Source: Macrostomum lignano
Taxonomy: Eukaryota
Direction: 5' to 3'
NCBI GenBank assembly: GCA_002269645.1
Contig: NIVC01000870.1
Location: 246,330 to 310,329, forward strand
DNA length: 64,000 bases
Shown here: positions 1 through 11,955 of the stretch, in pieces
Layout of the letters: each line of letters opens with the position of its first letter
How positions within the stretch are numbered: position 1 is the stretch's first letter
Translations under genes and position numbers: made by a program
Notes under the pieces: model-generated
Databases searched by the model: none
Told to the model about the DNA's origin: nothing
What the model saw: only the letters and a program-made list of their open reading frames with translations

Positions 1-2763
1 TGCAAGTTGCACATCCACTGATCCACATTTTTGGCAGAAAAAAACAGTGGTCACTGTAACAATAACAACTGCCTAAAATTTATTTCTTTGGCCTTAAGGG
101 AGCTTTAGCAAATTAATATTGGTGCTGTTATTACTATTAACTAGGTCCCCTACATTAAATATAATAATGCATGCTCTTCTGGCTAAAAATTGATTGTTCT
201 ATATGCCCTTCTTGGTCAAAATTTTTTGGTCTATGCGGTTGATATATGAAGTATACCTTGGCTAGCTTAGACCTATTATCATTCTTAGATGACTTAAAAT
301 CAGTTAGTTTTTGATTTGGTAATTTTCTATGTTTATAATTTTGTTTGTCAAATAATTTACCTATTTGTTTGAAATGAAACAATTATATTATTATAAAATG
401 ATAGAAAATTATATATAAAATATTTTTAACACTAGGCCTACTTAGAAAAAATGTTCAAAATTGTATTTGAAGTTACTAATGCTTTTATGTTCTACTCAAT
501 AATAAAAAGCAACTGATTGCCATTCTCTGCTTTTAAGGTGTATAATTTACAATGATAAAAATTGTACAAAATATTAAATATCACATATTAGATATCATTG
601 TTAGAAATACATGGTATTTAATATCTAGCCCTATTTCCTTTAGCAACCCTTTACCAATAAGCCAATATCTAGTTTTTATCCAATAAAATATGCCGAGACC
701 AAATGCCAACCTCATCTTTCTTAGTTTGTGGGAACTAAAATTTGTGGAATTCTGGTTGTTTTGCCCCCAAACTGTTTTGGCCATGGACATTTCATCTCAG
801 ACCATTTCACCCATATTCCATTTTACCCATAAACCAGTTTGGCTACCACAGCCAGGAAGACGGTAGAATCCTCGGAATTTTCCGGCGCAAATCAGCAATT
901 TGCCGGCGCACGGCGCACACTTCACTGCGCCGCGCGCATGGGCTCGGCGCATCGGCGCATGGCTCGGTGCATCGGTGCATGGCTCGGCGCATGGCGCACA
1001 AGGTACGTCAGTGTACGTGACAATATAATAATGAATAATAAAAAAACGTATATTAAATGTCAATCAATCAATAAAATAAACGATAGTCGATACGATAGTC
1101 GTTATTTCCAATGTTGTTTCTATTTCAAATTTCATTAATCGACTTAACAAACTTAACAAATTTGCGCCTTTCGCGGCTTTTGTTGCGTCTTTTTGCTTAT
1201 ATTTTGCAAATAGAAGCCATGATTGAACTGCTTGAACTTCCATTGTTATTGATTCAATTTAGATACTTAATACTTGATGGTGCTTTTTCAAGTGGGGTCG
1301 TTCTCAAAATCAGGCACTGCTTATGCTTCCGTTTTTTTTCTTTAAAAATTCGTGACTCAATCTTTACCTAAGAACGAATTATAGATGCAACAAACGTATT
1401 TTGTGTCGTAAACCACAACAAAATGTCAGGACAGCATGGAATGCCGCTTTGTTTAAATATTATTATCGGAATTATTTTATTGCACGAAAACTAGAAATAC
1501 ACCAGCATATCATCGTCAAATTCTATAGAGTAATTTATTCTTTTAAAATAGATAATAATTTCATTTAATTAGTTTTCTGTTTACGGAGCGCCGAACCATT
1601 AAATAAACATATTTTGTTATAATATGACTGTATACCTATGATACGCATTCGTTTAACTTTGAACAATTTGTGCGTCGCGCAACCTGAGGGTACTATCTCA
1701 AGTATTACATTGCTTTGTTCGTGACATTTTCTAGCTATTTACAAATTAATTACAATGCGCATTGCGTTGGATAACGCAAATATAGTAATTCAAAACATTA
1801 TCTGAAAATTGTTAGCTACATTTCTTAGCGTGAACGACTGATATGTGCATTTATGCGCGAAATTTAGTATCCCGCTAGGCGCTAATTCATATCTGTGGTT
1901 ACAAGAATGATTGCAAAGTTTATGTATCACATAATCCTTTTGGATGATTCAAACATCCATAGGAAGATCTATATGTACTCATATTTTAACTCAGAAGTCT
2001 GCTTCAGACGGAAAAAGAATATATTTATACATCTACAGCAAAAATTAAAGCATGAGTGTATAATAGAGAAGCTTTATAGTAAGTATGAAATTACAAAGGC
2101 AGTTTAAATATAGCACACATGGCATATAAAGAGCTGAGAAAATTCGTGTGCATTGTGTATAGTCTCAAAAAGTTCAAGAAGATGCAAAAACTGGAAAGAA
2201 GAGACAAAACAAATCAAGCACAGAAATGAAATATGATTGCAAAAAGCTTTGTTGCATTGTAAATATGCATGGAATATTGGAGTTTGGACATCTTAATATA
2301 TGGTACATATGAATGCAGCCTGATATTCTGTAGAATTATCTATGTTTGACTCTAAATGTAATTATTTATTATAAATAAGACATTTTCTTGTCTTATATTT
2401 TTTATTCTTGCAAGAAATGTAGTCTTGCAAACAGCTATATACTCTAGTCTGCTATGAATGGATACAATATTATTAAACAAGAAGAAATTTAAAAAGTACA
2501 TGTATACTGACTGGTTTATGCTAAAGTATTACAATCCAAAAGGATTTACAAACGTTACTGCAGGACAAAAACAACTGAAAACAATTTGATGAAATGGGTA
2601 GATTAAAAAACATTTATCTGTATATGTAGGCATGAAGGAACTATATAATGAAGCTATCGAAACAGTCATGCTTGGACTTGACTGCCCCTGAATCAATAAA
2701 AATAGTGCATGAAGAATGATAGTATTTTAAACATAGTGTGCATTTAACACTAGTTTAAAGAAA

Positions 2764-3173
2764 TGTAACAGGATGTGATGGACCGAGTTTTGACATCATG
2801 GGTGTCGGATTATAATCCTCCAATACTTCGCCTCTTTTGGGCCTTCACCTTCGACTTACGTTTTCATGTACTTTTAGTCCCTTTAACATATTAATTAGTT
2901 GCAGCTAACCTTATTTATTGTCTATGACCTCATCCCTACCGTTTAGCCAAGCAATTCCAGCAATAGTGACCTAGCTCATCCTTTGCGTTTACCACTTTTA
3001 TATCTATGTACAAGACCTCCTCTCCGTTATAGGTTTCTCTTAGCTTTGCTCCCCTCAGGCGCGTCCATGTTCCTTTCTTTCTGCTTTACCTTTTGCTTCC
3101 ACTGCCACGAAATACACTCCATCTACTAACTGCTCATTAGTTTGTTGTCCAAGCGACAAATTTGGTAGCAGAG
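2764..3173 (+). mobile_element. 5' LTR (TGTAAC...GCGACA, about 395 bp) plus tRNA-iMet primer-binding site of an LTR retrotransposon
   Basis: TGT...ACA termini at 2764 and 3158. TGGTAGCAGAG at 3163-3173 is complementary to the 3' end of initiator tRNA-Met. An ORF follows directly. No second LTR found. Confidence 0.6.
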
Positions 3174-3197
3174 CGTTCACAACTCTTCAAATAATTC

Positions 3198-3728
3198 ATG
3201 GTTATTATGCGTTCGATGGATGCCGGCGACACCACCTCCACTTCTGCAACCACTACTGCTCTGGCGCATACCATGCCGCCCACTCCGACCGCTGTTGCTG
3301 CCACCGCTGGCACTAGTTCTGGAGCCCCCACTGGTCCTGATGCCTCTTTGACACCCAACTTTAACGACCGCTACGACCTCGCCGGGACCGACCGGGGCCC
3401 ACAACAACTGGCTGCTACTCCTACTGCGCCGGTCACTGCTGCCACCCTCACCCCGACAACTCCTGGCATCGATGTCAACGCATTGATGACCGCGAAGATG
3501 CAGCAGAACCAACAGCTAATACAACAGCTCGCTGCCGCAGTCCATCCTGCTGCAACAGCGGAGCCTGCTGCACCACCCACCTCAACGCCGCTGGAGATGC
3601 CGACTCCAAGGAGGCCATACTCCCTTGTCTCTGCCGCAGCCGATGGAGGCCTCGTTCCGCATTCGGATTTAAATACGAATGGTTCACCTTACTTGTACTA
3701 CTTGCGCCTAACTTTATTTAATATATAA
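3198..3728 (+). pseudogene. Truncated gag-like N-terminal ORF of the LTR fragment
   Basis: Begins 25 bp after the PBS. Thr/Ala/Pro-rich with a helical MTAKMQQNQQLIQQLAAA segment, then runs into AT-rich DNA at about 3690. No pol domains. Gag identity is inferred from position. Confidence 0.45.
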
Positions 3729-3840
3729 ATGTGAGCAAATCAACCCCTACTTTAATGGTATATAGCACGTACAATTAGGATAGGATTTCATTTTTAGTAT
3801 ATAGGATATATAGGATAGTTAGAGAGCTGAGATGAGCTAC

Positions 3841-6003
3841 CTAAGGTTCGTTGCAAAAGTCATAAGGGAGCAGCGCCTTTTCATCACCACTTGCACGTCC
3901 ACGTCCACCTCCGCGTCCTCGTCCACCTCGGCGTCCACCTCCGCGTCCTCGTCCACCTCGGCGTCCACGTCCACCTCCACGCCCACATCCGAGTCCACTC
4001 GTTGCAGTATCAGGAGCTGGCGCCTCCGGCAGCATCAGCGGCGCCCACACTTTCATCTCGTGGCATGGGCAGGCTACTGCTGTACCAGGGCACATGCAGG
4101 ACAGCTGACGGTAAGTGATCGGCCCACCATCAGTCCTTGAGACGTCGTGCATCGACTTCGAGCCTGGCATGCCGCAGAGGTCCTCACCTACGAAGGTGAT
4201 GATGCTTGTGAAATAGTTCATGTCCTCTGGCTGAACCAACCATGTGAGTATGTGCAGAGGGCTACCCGATCTGACGGCTTCCATAACATCCTGAGGTGTT
4301 ACAACGTCCTGCCGGCTAGCCACGACTTCATCGCAGCGGCGTTTGATAGCCGCTCCAACTCCATCCGCAGCACCCTTGCCGTGTCCGGCCTCTGTGTAGA
4401 TCCAACGCCAGCTTGACACCCTCATGATCTTCATCAGGCGGTCGAATAAGAAAACCATCTTGCGATTTCTATACTGGCTGGATGGCGAATCAGAGACGAT
4501 GACGATCTGGTCCAGTTGGCTAAAGGCGTCCTTATCGACATCGTGCTTCTCCTTAAAGTGGCGAAGGACTGGTTGTAGATGAGCGGCGATGGCCTCCGCC
4601 GTCTTACTCCTCTCTCCTGATACCGTTGCGAATGAGCAAGGTTGATGTCCAGCCATGTAGGCCACGCCTTGATGAAGCACCACCTGATCCTTGTCGCCAA
4701 AGTGCGCCGCCTGTACCTCTTTGTGGTACTTCGCCGTATAGTTTTCGGAGAAGTCTATGTGCAACAGGAGCTGTCCCGGCTGCAGAGTATCCTTAACCTG
4801 GCGGATTGCACGATACTGGTTCCGCATCCGCATAAAGTGGCCCGCAAAGTCGACTAGTTGCACCATCAGCATGCTGATAGCCGTCTTGCATGATGCCGTC
4901 TCTTTGACCACATCCAAGCCGCTGCGTCCATCTGTCCGAGGCTTCCAAACGCGGTACACAACCTGTGGCTCAGCCTCAGCTGTCTCCGTGACTACAAATG
5001 ACTTGCGACGGCACTCGTCGCATTTGCGCAGCAGGCAGTCAGCGTATTCCATGTCGCAGACCATTTCATTCAACACTTTAGTAATGTGGTGGCTGTGAAG
5101 AAGTCCAGCAATGTGCATGCCTTTGATTAAGGACTCCGTGTTAGTGCACTTTATGCACATACACATGTCTCGGTCACACAGACGAGCCCTCTTGACATAC
5201 CATGGCTTCCAGCGGTTAAATGTTGCCCGGCTGATCTTCACACCAGGATACTCCCAAAGGAACTTTGCATGGAGCAGGGAGACTGAGCTCAGGAGATAAC
5301 GCTTCTGCTTTGTCTCCTTCTCCTCGCCAAATCTCTTGGAGATGCAATCCTTCCGGGAGGAGGTGGCCCGCGAGTTTTCGTCCTGGCAAAAGTACTCCTG
5401 GACGACGCTCACAAGCAGATTTATCTTCGGCGCTCTCGGCTGCTTCAAGATCTTCGCGGAGGCGCCAAAGAAGGCCATGACGGCCTTCCGTCCTGCCTCG
5501 TGGGCGTTTAGACAGGCAGCCTTGATTACTCGCCGGGTGTTATTGAACCGTCTGACTGACTGCAGCGCTCTCTTCACATGGCTAGCTATGTTGGTGAAAG
5601 TCTGAAGCCGGCAACTTTTTGCCGCCAATTCCTTATTCGCGCGGTGAAGTTTCACTCGCAGGCAGGTTTTGCTTGTCTTGCGCTGCTTGGCAGCAGTCTC
5701 AAGCAGGTGCACCCTGGCCTTTAGCTTGGCATTCTCCCGCTTGAACGCCGCTGCCGATCTTGCCAAGGATCGCTGGGGGATCTCTGCCGAAGTGCTGGAC
5801 CCTGCCTTGTCCTTGCGATTGCCTTTGTCCCTATACTTCTGCTGTTGCCGCCGCATGTGCTCTAGGTAGCTACTGTGGGAGCCAAAATTTGTTTTAATAT
5901 ATTTTTTCCTCTTTTCACGCCGCTTTTGTCGTTCAGTCGGCTTGAACGGCATTGCTTGAAACAGATGGTGGGAATTTTTGTGTTTTGCAGTCATTTCAAG
6001 CAA
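3841..6003 (-). CDS. Sola2-type DDD transposase, about 720 aa
   Basis: Catalytic-type motifs HIDFSENY, IVSDSPSSQYRN and GHGKGAADGVGAAIKR. Cys clusters CMCIKC, CLLRKCDEC and CMC...CPCH. Basic N-terminus and an RG/RGG C-terminal tail. The first ATG is at 5994; the real start may be MPFKP. Confidence 0.85.
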   Translation of the reverse strand: MLEMTAKHKNSHHLFQAMPFKPTERQKRREKRKKYIKTNFGSHSSYLEHMRRQQQKYRDKGNRKDKAGSSTSAEIPQRSLARSAAAFKRENAKLKARVHLLETAAKQRKTSKTCLRVKLHRANKELAAKSCRLQTFTNIASHVKRALQSVRRFNNTRRVIKAACLNAHEAGRKAVMAFFGASAKILKQPRAPKINLLVSVVQEYFCQDENSRATSSRKDCISKRFGEEKETKQKRYLLSSVSLLHAKFLWEYPGVKISRATFNRWKPWYVKRARLCDRDMCMCIKCTNTESLIKGMHIAGLLHSHHITKVLNEMVCDMEYADCLLRKCDECRRKSFVVTETAEAEPQVVYRVWKPRTDGRSGLDVVKETASCKTAISMLMVQLVDFAGHFMRMRNQYRAIRQVKDTLQPGQLLLHIDFSENYTAKYHKEVQAAHFGDKDQVVLHQGVAYMAGHQPCSFATVSGERSKTAEAIAAHLQPVLRHFKEKHDVDKDAFSQLDQIVIVSDSPSSQYRNRKMVFLFDRLMKIMRVSSWRWIYTEAGHGKGAADGVGAAIKRRCDEVVASRQDVVTPQDVMEAVRSGSPLHILTWLVQPEDMNYFTSIITFVGEDLCGMPGSKSMHDVSRTDGGPITYRQLSCMCPGTAVACPCHEMKVWAPLMLPEAPAPDTATSGLGCGRGGGRGRRGGRGRGGGRRGGRGRGGGRGRASGDEKALLPYDFCNEP

Positions 6004-6519
6004 TTACAGCTGCAGTCTAATTTGGACAATCATGTGATTGGGAATCACTTAGATGTTACTAGGGGCAACAAACCCAGCAATGTCACTATTAGATGCCTCA
6101 ACTGCCAGTAGGACCTAGTGGAAAAGCTTCAAAAATGATATCCAAATTTTGCAGTCTATTTTGTGCTAAATCTGCATAGAGTCTAAACTGTATCTTTCAT
6201 TTAAATAATGCCAATAGCTACTTGCTTATTGGGACACAAAATTCAGGATTTTTTGCAAGAAACTGTACATTTCAAAGTAAAATTTTCCAAATGGCCAAAA
6301 CTTTTTTTGATGGACCAATTTCTACAAATAAAGCCACTTGATTCATATTCTTTCAGTCATTGAGATCTAATATCTAATTTAAAACATCAATTTTAATTTC
6401 AAGTTTAAAATGCTACTGAATCCCTTACTCATAAATTACAGTTTGTATGTATTGCCTGGTTTCTAAATTGTTAACATATTTTGTGTGGCTTATATGCAAT
6501 ATTTTCTTTTAAAAAATTA

Positions 6520-6885
6520 ATGCTCCTACACAACACCTAGTAAAACATTCTCCAAAAAATTCAGCCCAATCAGTTCTTTCAGTGACCCATGATGGCAGTC
6601 CCAATGGTTTGACATATGCAAAAGTGCATGTTTTTTCAGATGTTTTACTTAATTGTGGGGCTCAGAGGCAATGTATTTAAAAATGCAAAAAATGCTCCCA
6701 TAAGACACCTAGTCTAACACTCTCCAAAAAATTCGGCCCAATCAGTTCTTTCAGTGACCCATGATGGCAGTCCCAACGTTTTGTCACATGCAAAAGTGCA
6801 TGTTTTTCAGATGCTCTGCTTAATTGTGGGGCTCAGAGGCAATGTATTTAAAAAAGCACAAAAATGCTCCTGTAAGACACCCAGT
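6520..6885. repeat. Direct tandem duplication, about 172-bp unit x2, inside the Sola2 5' region
   Basis: GACCCATGATGGCAGTCCCAA at about 6584 and 6756 with the surrounding sequence repeated. Confidence 0.85.
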
Positions 6886-9599
6886 TCTCCACTTTACTCC
6901 TTTTTTTGGTCATTATCTTATTCCAGTGTTGCAAAACTGTGGTCCCAACGTTTATTGGCTTGTGCCTGTCTTAGTAGCAATTAATTGTATAAAAAAATAT
7001 TGCAACAACTGTGGTGCACTAATCCATATAAAAACATCACAAATACAAAGATCACATTATAAGGCACAAAAAAACGCCAAAAGACGCCATATGCATTGCT
7101 TTCACCTAAAAAACTAGCAATATATTTGTACAATTCAACTGCTAGTAACTAGAACAGTGATGCGTTTAAGTGATGAAAGATTGTGTTTAAGTCAAGGAAC
7201 AAATCACTAAGCAGTCATTCTTTAATAAGAAGCAAATTCTAATGTTCTTTTCTTCCTTCCTGTGCAAAATAGTTTATTTCTGATGTTTCTTTCCCATTGA
7301 ATTTTTTCACAAAACATGACACCGTCTTAGCGTTACATCGAAGAAATGGAAATATTAAATTGATAAAATGACTCAGTAGTCAGTTGCTTTGACAACCGTA
7401 CCAATTTCACTGTTTCGAATGATAAATAAAGTACTTTTCTTTCAACAGCTACGTTTACCCTGTTGCTTGTTTTGCATGAAAGGCTGGTTCAGGGTCGAAA
7501 ATTTTTTTTCTTGTTTTATCGCGTAATTCCTGATTTTGAGAACGACCCAGTGTATTTTTCTCGGCGCATGGCGCACAAGTAATTTTTTTTTCTCGGCGCA
7601 CGCGGCGCACAGCAAAAATTTTGATGGATGTTATTCCGGCGCACACGCTGCACCTTCCTGACCATGGTTTGGCTATAGGCGTTTTGGCCAAAATTGTGAT
7701 TATGTAATTTAGAGATACAGCCATATATGTTATTGCAATTTTGTTTATAACAATTGTAAATTATTACAAGTTTTTTATTCCTTTTGAAAATATGACAATT
7801 AAAGCCAATTTGAACAGCTAAGGATGAGAAAGGGTTTCGGTTATAGCTAGGTAAAGCCAAAAAAATATAATAAGATTTGTCACCAAAATTGAAAATCAAA
7901 GCACAGAGTTTAAAACCATAAAGTTTAGAAAAGGTCCATGGCCAAAATGGTCTATGGATGAAATGGTCTATGGGCAAAATGGTCTGTAGGTGAAATGGTA
8001 TAGGGGTGAAATGTACATGGCTAAAATGCTTTATGGGCAAAACAAGCAATTACCAATTTGTGCCCTTAAATCTCCCCCCCTTGCAGTCAATTTTCTGCCT
8101 TCAAGGAGTGACCTATGGTCATAGCAGCAGCCTTGTTCCAAAAACATTCTTAATGTTTAACTTTTAAAGCCTCAAAGAATATTAAAGCCCTAGTCTTTAA
8201 TCTAAGCATAATGTGCTTGATTGGTCAAGTATCCCTGCCTTTTATAAAGATAATAAGATATGCCATATGTTGTCCCATCCTTAATTCCTTCTCTCATTTA
8301 TGAGTTACAAGCCTATAGCCCCTAACACTTTAGACTATTAAAGTTTAATGCAAACTGCTCAGTCTTTAATTCCCTAATTCCTATTTATCCCTAATTTTTT
8401 TCTTTATTTATATATCACAATACCTATACTAAACTCTTGACTTGTTCAAAATCTTTATTTCACATCAAAGCAACTATTTAGTATTTGGATTGTCAACTTT
8501 TTAATTCTAATTTGAACCAAATATTTGGTTGATTTAATTCAATTCTGAATATTCCAAATATTTGCCCTATCTTTACATACATAGATAATTGATATAGGGT
8601 ATTAATAGATAATATATGTTGGGCAACCCATTTATAAGCTAAATTTTTCTAATCAGCTTTTGCTACATACCATTTTGCACTAAAACTTGTTTCTTAGGCT
8701 TTTGCTATTTGCCATGTATGCCAATTTGTATAGACTTTTGTTTATGTACAATGGAATTTTCTGCCATGATATACACATTCTTGAATATAATAGCCAGTTA
8801 CCTAGTAGATCTAGTCTATCTATATTTAGTGCATCTTCTATACAAGTATATCTTGCTATATAGCCTTAACTTTATTATGCAGAAGCTTACTGCTATCAAA
8901 GCCAATGTTTAAGTGTTATTTTGAAAAATTAACTTCCAGTTAAGTAACTTTTAGTTCCAAGGAAAATAACTTGTAGTATTTCTATTACTGTTCCTTTCTA
9001 ATGTTAAAGAACTACCTATTGAAAGAAGATTTAGAACATTTATAGAACATATAGAACATTTCTGGGTGAAAAAACAAAAATATATTGGTTTATAGTTGAA
9101 CATGTAGTTGTTCCTAAAATAAAATTTATATTTAGACTAGCTTTATATTTAAATAGGTTGAATTTTATTCAATAAATAGCTTTCTTGAAAAATAATTTAA
9201 GTTAAGAAAATAACGATGTTTATATTTTAAGTAAATATTAAGTAAACTGGCTATGCCTATTATTATTTACTACTAAAGCTGCAACTTGATAAATCTTGTT
9301 TAGAGAAGATTTGTCTCAATGCAGCCATCATGTCATGACCTGATCAATCACAAAGTGTTTAATCAAAAAAGCAATAAAAATTCATTTCAAAGCACATTAA
9401 GCAATTTCAATTGTTTCAACCCAGAAATTATAAAGTATCTGATTGCAATAGTCATAATTAATTGCTGAATTGCAGTCTTCAAGCCAGGACTCAAATTTGA
9501 TTAGTGAGATGTAAAATATAGCTGCAACTTGCAAATATACTGCAAAAATGTTGGGTATCTGCAGAGTTTAGTAGCAACCAACTGTGCATAAGTTACAAA

Positions 9600-9920
9600 A
9601 CTGCTGGGCCAGCCTCCCAGATCCCCAGTTGCTAGACCAGCCTCCCAGATCCCCAGTTGCTGGGCCACCAGCCTCCCAGATCCTCAGTTACTGGGCCAAC
9701 AACCTCCCAGATCCCCAGTTGCTGGGCCACCAGCCTCCCAGATCCTCAGTTACTGGGCCACCAACCTCCCAGATCCCCAGTTGCTGGGCCACCAGCCTCC
9801 CAGATCCTCAGTTACTGGGCCACCAACCTCCCAGATCCCCAGTTGCTGGGCCACCAGCCTCCCAGATCCTCAGTTACTGGGCCACCAACCTCCCAGATCC
9901 CCAGTTGCTAGACCAGCCAG
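9600..9920 (+). repeat. 28/31-bp minisatellite CCTCCCAGATCCCCAGTTGCTGGGCCA(CCA)G upstream of the BIR gene
   Basis: About 10 units seen directly. Confidence 0.95.
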
Positions 9921-10035
9921 CAGAGATAACTGGAATGCTTAAATTACACATCTACTTGACAAACACTTCATGAAGCCATTCCTAATGGTAAAAAGAGTTT
10001 CCAAGCTGTAAAGCAGGGCTCAGCCCAGCCTCGTT

Positions 10036-11955
10036 ATGGCTGCTCCAGCTGCCCCTCAGCTGACAGTGGAGCATCGGCAAACGCTAGTAAAAGCTTCCAC
10101 CGCCATTTCAAACAAACTTGGCGCCAGAATTAACCGATTAGCCAATAGTAATACGGTGCCAGATTTCTACGAAGCATTAAATGCAGTTGTCTACTTGATA
10201 TCGAGCGCTTGCTCTTTAAGTTATGTCTCTAAAGAAGCTCGGATGGCTTCATTTGTTCGAGTAGGCTGGGACAATCGCAGCGGTGTTAGTGGCGGAGGTC
10301 AAACGGCCGAGGACATGGCAGAGTGCGGCTTCTATAGTCTAGGCGATGCTGATCACGTCAAATGCTTCTTCTGCGACTTGGGACTGCGGGACTGGATCAG
10401 GGGGGACAGTCCTGAGCGGGAGCACGCCAAGTTCAGCCCTCTGTGCTTCTATTTGAAGAGCTGCCTGGGTCTGGACGGTCTGCAGGCGGTCACTCCGCAA
10501 ACTACTAATTATCCGGCATCGTACACCAGGCAGGATCACAATCAACTGATGCGCACCATTGGTGAAGACTTTTGTGGCCCTGTAGGCCGCGTCGCCTGCG
10601 GTGTTGGACTGGACGATACTAAAGTTCTGCTGGCTTTAGCTAGGAACTTCATCCGGTTTAGGTGATTGTCCTCAGTTGCTAGGCCACCAGCCTCCCAGAT
10701 CCCCAGTTGCTGGGCCACCAGCCTCCCAGAACCCCAGTTGCTGGGCCACCAGCCTCCCAGATCCCCAGTTGCTGGGCCACCAGCCTCTCAGATCCTCAGT
10801 TGCTGGGCCACCAGCCTCCCAGATCCCCAGTTGCTGGGCCACCAGCCTCCCAGATCCCCAGTTGCTGGGCCACCAGCCTCCTAGATCCCCAGTTGCTGGG
10901 CCACCAGCCTCCCAGATCCTCAGTTACTGGGCCACCAGCCTCCCAGATCCTCAGTTGCTGGGCAACCAGAATCCCAGATCCTCAGTTGCTTGGCAACCAG
11001 AATCCCAGATCCTCAGTTGCTTGGCAACCAGATCTTAGTTGCTGGGCAACCAGAATCCCAGATCCTCAGTTGCTGGGCCACCAACCTCCCAGATCCTCAG
11101 TTGCTGGGCCACCAGCCTCCCAGATCCCCAGTTGCTGGTCCACCAGCCTCCCAGATCCCCAGTTGCTGGGCCACCAGCCTCCCAGATCCCCAGTTGCTGG
11201 GCCACCAGCCTCCCAGATCCCCAGTTGCTGGGCCACCAGCCTCCCAGATCCCCAGTTGCTGGGCCACCAGCCTCCCAGATCCCCAGTTGCTGGGCCACCA
11301 GCCTCCCAGATCCCCAGTTGCTGGGCCACCAGCCTCCTAGATCCCCAGTTGCTGGGCCACCAGCCTCCCAGATCCTCAGTTACTGGGCCACCAGCCTCCC
11401 AGATCCTCAGTTGCTGGGCAACCAGAATCCCAGATCCTCAGTTGCTTGGCAACCAGAATCCCAGATCCTCAGTTGCTTGGCAACCAGATCTTAGTTGCTG
11501 GGCAACCAGAATCCCAGATCCTCAGTTGCTGGGCCACCAACCTCCCAGATCCTCAGTTGCTGGGCCACCAGCCTCCCAGATCCCCAGTTGCTGGTCCACC
11601 AGCCTCCCAGATCCCCAGTTGCTGGGCCAGCCTCTCAGATCCCCAGTTGCTGGGCCAGCCTCTCAGATCCCCAGTTGCTTGTCCACCAGCCTCTCAGATC
11701 CCCAGTTGCTGAGCCACCAGCCTCCCAGAGTGTCAGTTGCTAAGCCACTCCCTCTGCAGTCCAGCCGAGTATCACAAGGCTCAGCCTCCTCCCCGCATTG
11801 CCAGGAAGCGCTACTCAGCCAAGGAGCTCATCCTGAGTGCCCAGTCGGAGTGGCAGCGAGAACTACTCAACAACCCTTCAGATCCGCCGCAGTTTTTGAG
11901 CGGCTTCAACCTGGCTGCCGTGTTTCGCGAGTTCTACAGAATAATCGCATCGTGA
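10036..11955 (+). CDS. Single-BIR inhibitor-of-apoptosis-like protein, copy A, about 273 aa, 2 exons
   Basis: Exons 10036-10661 and 11760-11955 (AG|GTGATT donor, CCCTCTGCAG acceptor, phase 2, in frame). BIR motif RMASF...GFYSLGDADHVKCFFCDLGLRDW...EHAKFSPLC has CCHC zinc ligands. A possible UBA-like segment follows. No RING domain. Confidence 0.9.
10666..11740 (+). repeat. 28/31-bp minisatellite filling the BIR intron
   Basis: Array runs from just after the donor to about 20 bp before the acceptor. Confidence 0.95.

Larger units (their letters stand above)
1295..7548 (-). mobile_element. Sola2-like DNA transposon, apparently full length
   Basis: Perfect 20-bp TIRs GGGTCGTTCTCAAAATCAGG (1295-1314, reverse complement at 7529-7548). 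4-bp TSD AGTG (1291-1294, 7549-7552). GRG termini and a 4-bp TSD fit Sola2. Encloses an intact transposase ORF. Confidence 0.85.
846..7667. mobile_element. MITE with 8-bp TSD (hAT/P-like), about 570 bp without its nested insert
   Basis: TSD TTTGGCTA at 838-845 and 7668-7675. Imperfect 14-bp TIRs CCACAGCCAGGAAG / CCATGGTCAGGAAG (11/14). Clusters of GGCGCA subterminal repeats at both ends (about 885-1000 and 7560-7645). Confidence 0.7.
746..8054. mobile_element. Non-autonomous foldback/MULE-like element with long degenerate TIRs, split by nested insertions
   Basis: Left arm GGAATTCTGGTTGTTTTGCCCCCAAAACTGTTTTGGCCATGGACATTTC aligns with the reverse complement of the right arm GGTAATTGCTTGTTTTGCCCATAAAGCATTTTAGCCATGTACATTTC. 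Arms contain internal ACCATTTCACC-type repeats. Flanking duplication AATTTGT(G) at 739-746 and 8055-8062. The paralogous site in copy B (about 45225) is empty. Confidence 0.7.

Noticed and set aside
1895-2760. Possible decayed coding sequence inside the Sola2 element
   Set aside because: Many stops in all frames and no motif I could identify.
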